Source of the DNA: Octopus sinensis
Taxonomy: Eukaryota
DNA length: 64,000 nt
Assembly: GCF_006345805.1 (NCBI RefSeq)
Contig: NC_043006.1
Coordinates: 10,478,001 to 10,542,000 of the forward strand
Direction: 5' to 3'
A model generated the notes under the pieces. That model made no database searches. It had not been told where the DNA came from and saw nothing but the letters and a program-made list of their open reading frames with translations. This document shows positions 13,289 to 25,785 of the stretch, piece after piece. The position numbers were made by a program, and so were the translations under genes. Each line of letters opens with the position of its first letter. Position 1 is the stretch's first letter.

Positions 13289-14102
13289 TATACTATTACA
13301 CATGTAACCTAATTCAAACCTACATTTGCCCTCAGGATGCTATAATGTTACACGGAAGAATATTTTTTACATACAAAACGTTTATATTTATATGAAAGAA
13401 ATCGTACAGTATCAATTCCTTTAGACGAGGCAATTATATTAGAAACGCCGTTAAAATGATGTAACGCTATATCTTAGATACAACAGCACTGAAAATTACT
13501 TCCAAGCAAATAATACTTTTAAAATATTACTACGGATATTGAATAAATTTTCTCTATGATGTCCCTATGTGTATTTTAACTTAACAGGTACGTATTAATG
13601 AATAATATTAATACTTATAATTGACAGGCCTCGGATCCTAGAAAGGATTATATTTTGGAAAAAAACTGTATTCGTTGTCATGAAGATTTATTCATCAATG
13701 AAACCCATAGAGTTTTTTAGGGTTCTGCTAGTTTATATCATTCTCCTTGTCAAGTTGTTTGTTGGAAAACTCTTAACTATGGAGTAAAATTGAGGATGTA
13801 ATTGATAACTTTAACTTAATATAACCTATTCGAGTGTTAATTTAAAAAAAAAGTAACTACGGACAGAATTCATAAGATATAATAATAACTTGCCACACGA
13901 TGAAACGATATTTAATGAGAATTTTAAGTGTATACGTCGAAATACAACGGAAAACATTTATAAACGAAGAATTATCAAGGATTCCGGTAATGTCCCTAAT
14001 GGTTTAAACAGTAAAAATGAGGGATTTATATGTGATTGCTCGTAAAAATAACAGTGAAACATCTATTGCACCAGACAAAATATTTGGAAAGAATCAAAGG
14101 CA

Positions 14103-14492
14103 AAGTAGCTTGCCTACCAACCACATAGTTCTGGGTTCAGTCCTACTGCGTGGCATCTTGGGCAAGTGTCTTCTGCTATAGCCTCGGGCCGACCAATGCC
14201 TTGTGAGGGGATTTGGTAGACGGAAACTGAAAGAAGCTTGTCGTATGTATGTATGTATATATATATATGTATGTATATGTTTGTGTGTCTGTGTTTGTCC
14301 CTCTAGCATTGCTTGACAACCGATGCTGGTGTGTTTACGTCCCCTTCACTTCGCGGTTCGGCAAAAGAGACCGATAGAATAAGTACTGGGCTTACAAAGA
14401 ATAAGTCCCGGGGTCGATTTGCTCGACTAAAGGCGGTGCTCCAGCATGGCCGCAGTCCAGCCAAATGACTGAAACAAGTAAAAGAGTAAAGA
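14103..14492 (+). mobile_element. SINE family B, slightly 5'-truncated
   Basis: Aligns to 11445-11797 and 53364-53772. Confidence 0.9.
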
Positions 14493-14832
14493 CTTTGAAT
14501 AATGTAGTGCGAGATATTCAGTTTGAGAAAAAACAGACATGAAGTATATTCGCATGCACACACACACCCACTCACATACACACATACACACACGTCGTGG
14601 ACTACATGAGGGAGTGTATGTTTGCGTGATTTTATGTATACGTTGAGAGTTTTTGGTATGTACATGTGGATACATGTGTAACTGGAGGAGGGACAAATCC
14701 GTATATACTCTAGTAAGTACGGGACTTTCTATATACCCTGTTGATATACGAGTGTTTTCTGCCCTTGACACTACCTTGCTCTTCTTATTAAAATATCTCG
14801 GTTTATTTGATCCTGCAAATAATTATAAATAA

Positions 14833-14885
<53 letters not shown>

Positions 14886-14909
14886 ATATAATATTATATA
14901 TTATATATA

Positions 14910-15305
14910 TCTTTATATATAAAAGAGAGGTTGTGTGCTGTCTGTCTCCTACGATTTAGATTCCTAACTCCTCCCACATTTTGCGGTGCAGTTTAACCAA
15001 ATTCGGGTATCTTATAGTCGTGATTCATATCGAGCCCTTCTGGGTATCAGCGCGCGTCTACGATGAGTCTACGATTTAAAAAAAAAATTACCATCAATTT
15101 TTCCCATTTTTAATGCATTTTTGGCATATATAAGGGAAGTAACTCTCTAAAAATGTATTATCAAATCTCAGAACGTAAAAAGCTACAGTAACACCCCTCC
15201 CTTTGTGGTTAGCCATATTGAGATGGCTATTATACTTTACATCTCTAAAAATGCTTATATAGTTATTTCCCTTACAAACCCGAGCAACGCCGGGCGATAC
15301 TGCTA

Positions 15306-15306
<1 letters not shown>
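14910..15306 (+). mobile_element. Non-autonomous Helitron
   Basis: 5' TC after A, 3' hairpin CCCG-AGCAACGC-CGGG (15279-15294), then CTAG followed by T. A second full copy lies at 42541-42938 (minus). Confidence 0.9.
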
Positions 15307-15371
<65 letters not shown>

Positions 15372-15384
15372 ATATATATATATA

Positions 15385-15425
15385 CTAGCAGTATCGCCCG
15401 GCGTTGCTCGGGTTTGTAAGGGAAA

Positions 15426-15435
<10 letters not shown>
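15385..15435 (-). mobile_element. Inverted copy of the Helitron 3' end
   Basis: Reverse complement of 15256-15306, separated from it by ~78 bp of (TA)n. Confidence 0.9.
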
Positions 15436-15483
<48 letters not shown>

Positions 15484-15693
15484 GAATAAATAAATGGAGT
15501 TTAACGCAGGTATAAATCAAATTCTTTATTCATATATTATACAAAAAATACCACGTAAACACGATGTGTCTATCTTTATAGACAAGGAGTTACAATCTCT
15601 ATAATTGTGAGATTTTTTGCTACCCTGGTAAATATTTTTTTCCGTGTTAATTGTTAACAAGGTAAAGATACACTCATCTATTTATATATATAT

Positions 15694-15747
<54 letters not shown>

Positions 15748-15763
15748 TATAATATTATATAAT

Positions 15764-15822
<59 letters not shown>

Positions 15823-15827
<5 letters not shown>

Positions 15828-15994
15828 ATCCAAACAAGAAAGCACAAAAAACACCAAACAACGCGAAGACGTGGAACAAATATAGTATTATTGGACGCTC
15901 AGGAAAGAAGGAAAGAAGGAGGATTTAACGTTTCGAGCGGCCCTCTTCGTCGGAAACATAGGAGAAGGAAAGATCCAGAGAAGGCTAACGGTAC
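15823..15994 (-). mobile_element. Family H1 short element, internally deleted
   Basis: Reverse complement aligns to 1160-1350. Core on minus reads CCGACGA-A-GAG-GGCCG-CTC-GAAA-CGTT. Confidence 0.6.
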
Positions 15995-16043
15995 AAACGA
16001 GGACACATTTTGAAGGTCACATTTTTTCAAGAATATATATATA

Positions 16044-16109
<66 letters not shown>

Positions 16110-16167
16110 ACATTATTGGTGAATTGAAGAATGGAGCTGAACGCAGATTGAACAGAAATCGTTTTTT

Positions 16168-16253
16168 TTCATTCTACACATGTTTCGAAAGGCACAAATT
16201 ACCAAAATCCGATTGAATATGGGACCATATTGTGTCTTTCTCTTCAGGAAGAA
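16168..16253 (-). ncRNA. Type I minimal hammerhead ribozyme (left arm)
   Basis: Minus strand: TTCTTC-CTGAAGA-GAAAGACACAA...TTGTGCCTTTC-GAAA-CATGTG-TA-GAATGAA. The core is complete. Confidence 0.75.
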
Positions 16254-16378
16254 AAAAGGAAATCCGTTGGAAAAACAAAAACAGAACAGAGGCAGAGCAA
16301 AATACAAATCGAATACAGTTCGATTTGTATTTTGCTCTGCCTCTGTTCTGTTTTTGTTTTTCCAACGGATTTCCTTTT

Positions 16379-16464
16379 TTCTTCCTGAAGAGAAAGACAC
16401 AATATGGTCCCATTATTCAATCGATTTTGGTAATTTGTGCCTTTCGAAACACGTGTAGAATGAA
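16379..16464 (+). ncRNA. Type I minimal hammerhead ribozyme (right arm)
   Basis: Stem I TTCTTC/GAA(T)GAA, core CTGAAGA 16385-16391, stem II GAAAG.CACAA/TTGTG.CTTTC, GAAA 16446-16449, palindromic stem III CACGTG, GUA cleavage triplet at 16455-16457. Confidence 0.8.
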
Positions 16465-16673
16465 ATAAAACGATTTCTGTTCAATCTGCGTTCAGCTCCA
16501 TTTCTTCAATTCACCAATAATGTTTTAATTTCATTATCCGCACCAACGCACGGTTGCAACGCCAGATGGTTGTACCTCCACCGTGCTGTTCACTGCTGTG
16601 ATTTTTGCTACTAAGGTATCGGTTAAACTTTTGATTATCTACTAACAAGATTATTCATCTTTCTATTCACATA

Positions 16674-16705
<32 letters not shown>

Positions 16706-17099
16706 GTAGAAATATGTTACGAAAATAAAATATAAAATACACGTGGAAATGTAAGGGTAAAATATGAAAAATCAACGAAAATGCATATCGCAAATAGAGA
16801 AAGGCTATTTATGACAGGTAGTGAAAAAATATATATATTTAGATTGACTGAGGTAGTAATACGAGTCATAAAGTTCATTATCATGAGATGATTATTAGAT
16901 GATAATAAAGTAAGAGAACAAAACGAACCAGTGATTTACGCGGAGTCTATTCATCGTTTGAACAACACCGGTTAATATACGGTGTCAGGTCTAATAGTTC
17001 ATGAGAAAAAAGATTATTTGTAAGGGAGGTAAGTAGTTCTGGAATTAGAGATGTGAGTGATGTACGTAGTGTATAGGGTTTAGTGGTTTAGTGGTGTTA

Positions 17100-19720
17100 T
17101 GTATTGAGTTGTGTGTTCATATTTAGTTGGGGGAGAAATTTGTTGATGAAAATGTCTCTTTATTCAGCCTTTGTTGCATTGTGGTGTTTTGTGAGCATTG
17201 GTAAAAGGGAAATATTTGGAAATTGGTATTAAGATTCCTGGCACATCTTTCTATGTGTTCACTCACCTTTAACAGTCTGTATTGTGGGTGACGGATTTGC
17301 TCTTTGTGAATGGTGATTCTTTGACGGAGTGAAATTCCTGTTTGTCCAATATAGAGTTTACCACATCCCTGCATGTAATGACATAGATTACGTTTGCTGA
17401 GGCGCAGGTGAAATTTGAGTTGATCTTAAATATTTCTCCTTGTTTGCATTGGAATTCGGAACCCTCCAAAAGGTGGGGGCATGTTCCACAGTTAGAACGT
17501 CCACATTTTATCACTTTTGGCTCAGTAGTTAGTGGGTAAAGTCTAGCGCTGGTTAATATTTTTTCAGTGACTTTGGCTGCTTTTTGCTTTTTATAATTTT
17601 ATATGAGTTTAAAATTTCGTTCATTGTTTTGTCTGCTGTGAGGATGGGAATGTTTTGGGAGATGATGTTGAAGGCTTCGTTGTTTCTGGGGTTATGTGTG
17701 GAGATGTACGGGAGTATTTTTAAGTCTTGTTTAGTATTTCGGCTAGTTTTCCTTAATCTTTGTATATCTATTACCATAGCTCTTTTGATGCCTTCATTTA
17801 CTAATGAGATTGGGTAGTGTCTTCTAGTTAGTGTAGATCTAAGTTCAAGGAGTCTATGTTCCCGAGTGTATGTATCGGAAACTATGGTGCAGATTCTTTT
17901 TGCTAGGTTAAAGGGTATGTTGATTTTTATGTGTTTGGGGTGGCAGGAGTTAAATAATAGGTATTGTTTAGAATCTGTGGGTTTATAAAAGATGTCTGTT
18001 TCTATGTGGTTGTTAACTATTCTAATTAAGATGTCTAGAAAAGGTAGTTGCTTACTGTTGTGTTCCATAGTAAATTGTATATTGCTGTGTATGTTGTTGA
18101 GCATTCTTTTGAAATCAAGGAATTGATCCATGCTATCTTGCCAAAGTATGAAACAATCATCTAAATATCTCTTCCAGTTCTCTTTTAAGTAGCAATTGAA
18201 AGAGGCGCCATATTTTTCTAGTGATGACTGGTATAACTTAAGTTCGTGGTAACCCATTACGAGGTTTGCAATCACTGGAGCAGCTCTGGTCCCCATTGCA
18301 ATTCCGCATTACTGTCGAGAGTAAGTAGTATCGAACAAGGAATGATTGTTCAACAGGACGAATTTCAGTGTTTCAATTATAAAATTGTGGTTAATTCGAC
18401 CTGGGATCTCTTTTGGGTATTTTTCTAGCCAAAATTGGATTGCTTCTATACCATAGTTGTGTGGGATATTAGTGTATAGATTCACTACATCGAAAGACAC
18501 CAATAGAGTTCCGTCCTTTACTGTCTTCGGGAGGTGATTCAGCGTGTCTAGGTCGGCCCTGATATAGCTTTTAAAAGAGGTTTGAGTAATATGTCAAGGA
18601 AGTTACTCAAACAGTGGGTTTCGCAAGAAGGGCCAGCTATGATGGGTCTGAGTTTGAGGTCAGTAGGCGGAGGGACATTAATGCAGAGGCTTATAGAGAC
18701 TTTGTAAGCTTCACAAATGAGTGGATATTTATGTATCTTGGGTAATCCATGGAATAGACTGGAGCTGTATTTGAAATTGGATAGATAGTCAATTTCATGT
18801 GTTGTAAGACCCTTTCCATGAGTTTGGAGTAGGGAGGATAAATTTTTCAGTGTCTTCTGTGGGTTGTAATATGTTAGTTTTTCATAGTAAGTATTATTTT
18901 CCAACATGGAAAGTATTAAATATTTGTAGTACTCTGTATCCATCAATACTACCGCACTTCCTTTGTCGGATTCTTTAATAGTGAGGTTTATGTCATTTTT
19001 TAGCTCGACAAAGTCTTTCCATTCATTTAAATTAAGGTTGGATTTGATATGTTGTTTTGGAATGGCATTGTAAGGAAAACAAGTCATGTGATCACAGAAA
19101 ACATCAAGTGCTTTATTTCCACCTTTTGTAGGATGGTACTCACTTTTGTTTTTCACTATTGAGTCATCTTCACTGGTGTAGTTGTAAAGAGCTTCTGTGA
19201 GGCGTAATTTCGGCAGAAGTCCAGAGTATTGTCCTTGATTTCATTTGGGTTCGATCTGCAGGGAGTAGGGTTAAATTTTAGACCTCTTGCTAGGATTTTG
19301 ATTTGTATAGAACTCAGGATTTTCTTTGACAGGTTGATTATCTTCGGTTGGACTTGTTTATTTGTTTCCATTTCACAACTCTGGTTTCTCTGGTTTGCGT
19401 CTAAAAAATGGGTGTAAAGTGTGTCTATGGTAGTATGTTTGGTGGAGTGGTTGTGTAGTGTACTGGAATATGGTTGTACTGAGGATTGTTATATCGTCTG
19501 TGGCTAATGTAATCTGGGTTTAATTAATTGTTAATATTGTGATACGGTTGGAGGGAGAGATTATGGTATCTAGTCATGTCCCGTCTCGCCGACCGCCTGA
19601 AGTGGCTGTGCTGGGGGCAAAGCCTCGGAGGCAAGTTATTCCTGGTAGAAAGTGGTTCACCAACACTTCGGTCAGTCTGGGGGTTTCGATGAAATCTTTG
19701 CATATATATATATATATAAT
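17100..19720 (-). mobile_element. Penelope-like retroelement (Neptune-type), decayed
   Basis: Collinear ORF pieces show IINLS...GLKFNPTP, SDKGSAVVLMD, GLPKIHK, LRPII, SFDVVNLYTNIP, MGTRAAP, RYLDD, LPFLD, CGRSNCGTC linker, and NVIYVITC / CGKLYIGQT (GIY-YIG). Confidence 0.95.
17123..19371 (-). pseudogene. Penelope-type reverse transcriptase plus GIY-YIG endonuclease, split into six frames
   Basis: Track ORFs 19156-19371, 18548-19156, 18309-18503, 17553-18296, 17269-17514 and 17123-17374 follow PLE motif order. The catalytic YLDD lies in 17553-18296. Confidence 0.93.
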
Positions 19721-19905
19721 ATATATATATAGTATATATAGTATATATAGTATATAGAATATATAGTATATATAGACATGCACAAATTCTGTAAGTTTAA
19801 AACCTTTCATCGGATCTCCAGGAATCGAACTTTCTTCAATGCTGTTAATCTTACACCCTCTTTTGTATCTACCCCTTTTGATGTTTGGGAATTATCTGAT
19901 GTTTT

Positions 19906-19991
19906 TTCGGCTGACGAGTACGAGCCATTTGTATTTACTGCATTTTTGTAGCTTATTAAAGATGTCCTCGTACGAAACAATTGTACCGAGA
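19906..19991 (+). ncRNA. Type I minimal hammerhead ribozyme
   Basis: Stem I TTCGG/CCGAG, core CTGACGA 19911-19917, stem II GTACGAG/CTCGTAC (7 bp perfect), GAAA 19974-19977, palindromic stem III CAATTG, GUA triplet at 19983-19985. Confidence 0.85.
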
Positions 19992-20139
19992 TTTTAATCC
20001 ATTCTTGTTGCTTTTTCCCTATTTGTATTCACCCCACTTGTCGTATGGTTAACACCATTTAGATTTCCGTGCATCCTAGTTAAGGACCATATTCATGTGA
20101 ATTCATTAGAATTCACTTGAATCTCAATTACTTAAACCG

Positions 20140-20173
<34 letters not shown>

Positions 20174-20175
<2 letters not shown>

Positions 20176-20385
20176 CTATCAGTCGCCATGATAGATCGTT
20201 AGCCACAACACACATTTTTTTCTCTCCTTGTTTCTCTCCTTGTGTTTTCTGTATCCCTTTCTGTAGAAGAGCGTAGGCTCGAAACGTAAAAGACTTTTTC
20301 TATTCCTGAGCGTTATACTAATACGTCTGTTTGTTTTGTACACCACCTGTCTTCGTCTTTTTTTTTTCGTAAACTCAGCCTGTGT
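20174..20385 (+). mobile_element. Short non-autonomous element (family H2) with hammerhead-like core in (TA)n
   Basis: Second copy at 30429-30640. CTTT-CTGTAGA-A-GAGC-GTAG-GCTC-GAAA-CG-TA-AAAG at 20257-20292. Confidence 0.6.
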
Positions 20386-20429
20386 ATATATATAGACTTT
20401 CATACATATATATATATATTCTCATGATC

Positions 20430-20660
20430 TCTAAATCGTAGTTTCAATTCCTAGACCGAGTGGGGAGTTGTGATCTTGAGCAAAACACTTCATCCCCTTT
20501 TATTCTACAATCAAGTTGACATCTGACGCGTGGTACACTGTCCACCTGTTTAGAAAACGTCGACTTAACGGAGACGATGAGCTAATGTACGGCACGAACA
20601 TTTGATCACTATAAACAAATCAATTGTGCAGATCGTTCGTCAAAAGATGAACGCTCACAT
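20430..20660 (+). mobile_element. Degenerate SINE with family D-like core and a different tail
   Basis: B-box-like GTTTCAATTCC, then TCTTGAGCAAAACACTTCAT shared with the 13026 copy. Confidence 0.5.
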
Positions 20661-21553
20661 ATCATCAGGTTCGACTGGATATATATATATATGTGTGTGT
20701 GTGTGTCTGTCTGTTTATGTATGTATGTGTATATAATGGCCTGTCCTATCGCAGAACCAGTACGAGCTACTTTTAAAACTCCTAACATTACAGCGATTAA
20801 TTACTCACATTACTAGACATTGGTAACATTTGAGTTCATCGTCCCGAGTTCAACTCACCCATGCATAAATTGTTTGTTCTTTCGTTTCATATGTAATATT
20901 ATATTCCAGCAATGATGTCGGTTCGATTTGATGAATCATACATCTTTTTTCAAGAATCGAACTTCTGTCAGCTAATACAGAGACCCGAGTTATAAGTATG
21001 AACACCAAATTGTTTGATAATAAAATGTATTCAATAAATCGGTATTTGTTCAAACTTAATGCAGTCACTGCTTGACTTTTAGAATTGAAACAATACTAGC
21101 AAAGACTAAAACCAGAATCAAATTCACCGATTGATCATGTCGTGGTTAACGGAAAATGCTCAAAGTTAACCGAGATATCAACAACACACTTTACCTCTGA
21201 GAGAAATATCTCTTTGAAGATAGCATTAACTTGCGCGACAGAACCATGTCATTATGCTATGGACGCATTTCAAAGCTCAATACAGCAATACGCCGGATAT
21301 TATACTGATACCCACTTCACTAAGTAATTTCTTGGTCTATTGAACATAAAACATTGCATCAACGCTCAAGAGGCTTTTAGTGTACATGTACATATGCTTT
21401 GTATGCAGCTGTATGTGTAGCATCGTGTAAAGAGATGCATGTACATACATATACGAACATCGATGTGTATGAATACGTACACTTCATTCCTTCCCTCACT
21501 CTTTGTCCGTAAATGTTATATATACTTAGGTAGATATGCAGATACACATATAC

Positions 21554-21627
<74 letters not shown>

Positions 21628-21652
21628 ATGTATGTATGTATATATATATATA

Positions 21653-21727
<75 letters not shown>

Positions 21728-22396
21728 TATATATACACCACTTTCGTGCCCTCTATAGATATATGACAGACATACATACAGATAGGTAAATAGATAGATA
21801 GATAGATAGATAGATAGAAGTTGCCACGTGTTCATGAATATTTATAGCTGCTTTGTTAATTTGTTGATATTTCTAAATGTCTTTATATGTATCACGTACA
21901 CATGCATATATATATATATATATGTTTGTTTGTTTAAAACTACAATTTGCTTATGAGCAATATGACAGTCTCCGCACACAAACGGATTTGAATAAAACAA
22001 ACTTAACATGTAAATATGCATGTAAAGGGCGACACTTTCTCACACACAAAACAGATTTTCATAAACCATATATGTTGCATACATGTTCACTTAGATGAGA
22101 TGTTAATCTTATAAACATATTCAACAGGGAAATATGGTGCGAAATAAAAACATACCATGTTTACGCTACGAAACTTTTCTCGACTGTTTGGGATTAAGTG
22201 TAAATAACTTTATAATATTAATCTTGATATATATGTATTTATACAAATCCATTTATGCATAATAAGTCTCATACACACATACATGAACACATAGGCACAC
22301 ATGTAATATATGTGTATGCGTTTGTGTGTTTGTGTGTAATTATAATGTGTGTGTGTGTTTTGTGTATGTAATTATAAATATATATGTATATTCACA

Positions 22397-22459
<63 letters not shown>

Positions 22460-23008
22460 GTGTGTGTGCATGTGTGTGTTTGTGTGTGTTGTGTGTAATT
22501 ATTTAAATATATATATGTATATTCACATACATATATATATATATATATTATAACATATATATATATATATATATATGGGTGGTGTGTGTGTGTGTACACA
22601 TATACAGAGCCAGACTGAATGAGAATGTAAGCTTCGTATAGCTGTGTTTCGCGACACAACCACATTTCAGGCTCAGTACCTCACTTGATAATTACCACCA
22701 AGGCGGTTTATATCGTAGGTTACTCTTCAGTCCGGCATGATATCCATTCCATTCCTTAACTCTTGCATTCTTATTCACACACCCGACAACTCCAGCCGCG
22801 CACCGTGAGGTACAAAAAGAACTATTTTCTGTTTATCGTTCTTCGATACGAAAAAAACCCCCATATTCTTCCGTATCAGTAAATAATTATTGTCACTGAA
22901 AAGTTGTTGTTTCACAATTACAACGGATTGCTTAAATTAATTTTCTTCCTACACCTCGATCTCTAATGTGATATATATGAGTGTATATATATGTTATATA
23001 TATATATA

Positions 23009-23116
<108 letters not shown>

Positions 23117-23497
23117 ATATATGTATATATATATATATATATATGTATGTATTTATTATGTATGTATGTATGTATTATATATGTATGTATGTTTAAGTCT
23201 CGATACATGGATTCAGGTAATACAGTAGTACTCATAAAAAAAGGTCCATAATGTATCATTTTTACAAACTGTATAGAATATTTAGTAATATACAACAGAT
23301 AACGACGTAGCTCAAATTTTACATTATTTCAAACGAATGTTTGTTTCATTTCCCATTAATGCAGAAATGTAAGTGATTTACTTATCATTAAATATCATAT
23401 AATAAATTATTTGCAGGTTTTCCAGCTACGAAAATTTTTTTTCGGTATTCTTAAATAAAGGGTCATCAAACTATTTCTGTCATTTACGACTATATGC

Positions 23498-23562
<65 letters not shown>

Positions 23563-24153
23563 CATACATAATATTATATTACTTCCGGTTTTCGTAGGGG
23601 AAAGGCGTGCTTCTTTTTGCTCTATGAAAAAACAAAAAGGTTTGCATAAATCGACAAAATAATCTACTAAAAGTAACAAAACGTAGAACTTGTTAACTCA
23701 TAAAGTCTACGAAAATACATTAATTAAAAATATATTAATTAAAAACGTAATATATTTTGCTTGAAGCCAAATATAATACAGTAAAGTTAGTTACGAACGC
23801 TAGATTCTTCGCCGAAAAAGTACATGGTAGCAAGTCATTAATTTATCTCCAGCCAAAAGTAAGAAAGAAAAAGCAGTGTTTTCTCTTCTGTTGTGAAGGA
23901 AAACTTATTCGTACAAGCACGAGGGTTTGGACTGTAACTTTTATGATGAGTATTGTTTTCATATGTTATTTATTATTTTTATTTTCCTTTAATGTCAGCT
24001 AGCATCTCCGTTACGATTTACGACGCCATCTTTTTTTACATTCTGAGAATAACTTTCTTTCAATTTCTGTTTCGCTTTCATATGTCTATCTTCTCATTAG
24101 TTTTAGAATTAAATAACTCCTTCTTTTCCTCACTTTCTTCTACCTCCTCTCTC

Positions 24154-24184
<31 letters not shown>

Positions 24185-24190
24185 ATATAT

Positions 24191-24253
<63 letters not shown>

Positions 24254-25018
24254 TAGTTCTTGTTCACTCATTTGAAGCAATGCCTCATCTTCCAGAACAG
24301 ATGTCTCCCTTAAGTTAGTCTGTCTTCGAGGCAAGCGTCACCTTCCTTGAAACGTATGGGACAGTTTTGTGCCACACATGCGTCGAGAGTTACAAACTCT
24401 TGCATATTATTAATTTCTTTTCGCCTTTTTCTTGCAATTAGTTCTTTTTCCACAGGCAGCGTAGACAGCCTGTAACTGCAATTTTTCACTTCTTATTCTC
24501 AAAATTGAAGCATAAAAAATAAAGATTAATATCTTAATTAATATGTGTTTTATATGAAAATATAGAATAGACAACTGAGCAACGATTTGGCTAGCTGTAT
24601 CAAATTAATGATATAACATAATAATATGAATTTAGACGTTGCCAAACATCATCAGTGGAAATAATGAAACTTTGAATTCATCCTGGCCTGTGTGTATGTG
24701 TATGTGTGTTTTTTGTTAGCTGGCGACTATTAAAATGGAAGTGAGAGAGAGAGAGAGAGACACGGTAGAGAGAAAAAGGGACAGGAAGGGAGAGTGTTTA
24801 TACACTTAACGAGAAAGTATCACTACCACTTACAAGGTGTTTTGTTGTCATTTTTAATTTGGAAAGTGTTTCTGTTTAAGAGATGGGGAAATGGATCTGA
24901 AAGAAATAGCATACATGTTTTTATATGATCCTTTTATTATTACAGAATAGCGGTGGATGGTCCCACCTTGCCCATGTATACGCATACATATGCATATATG
25001 TGTATGGAAATAATGAAA

Positions 25019-25137
<119 letters not shown>

Positions 25138-25161
25138 TTATATATATATATATATATTATA

Positions 25162-25233
<72 letters not shown>

Positions 25234-25261
25234 ATGTATATATATATATATATATAATATA

Positions 25262-25302
<41 letters not shown>

Positions 25303-25402
25303 TATATACATATATATATATATACCACTTTCGTGCCCTCATGACGGCATGTTTTGATTGAAGAGATTGCATTCTTCTTCGTAAAGAAGTGGAAATCATC
25401 AT

Positions 25403-25495
25403 AGATAGATAGATAGCTAGATAGATGGATGGATGTATAGATAGATAAATAATAGATAGATAGATAAATAGATAGATAAATAGATAGATAGATAT

Positions 25496-25532
<37 letters not shown>

Positions 25533-25610
25533 TTAGATAGATAGATAGATAGTATAATAGATAGATAGATAGATATATAGATAGATAGATAGATAGATAG
25601 ATAAATAGAT

Positions 25611-25660
<50 letters not shown>

Positions 25661-25681
25661 CATAGTTAGATAGATAGATAA

Positions 25682-25728
<47 letters not shown>

Positions 25729-25785
25729 GATAGATAGATAGATAATGCATACATACATACATACATACATACATACATACATACA
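25403..25785. repeat. (GATA)n then (CATA)n microsatellite
   Basis: Direct inspection. Confidence 0.97.

Larger units (their letters stand above)
16109..16524. repeat. ~416-bp near-perfect palindrome (two ~205-bp arms, TACAG spacer)
   Basis: 16109-16313 is the reverse complement of 16319-16524 with only a few substitutions and indels. The left end abuts (TA)n. Confidence 0.97.

Noticed and set aside
22625-22735. Minus-strand CTGAAGA...GTCGC-GAAAC hammerhead-like motif
   Set aside because: Stem II pairs only if two mutations are assumed, and stems I and III do not close.
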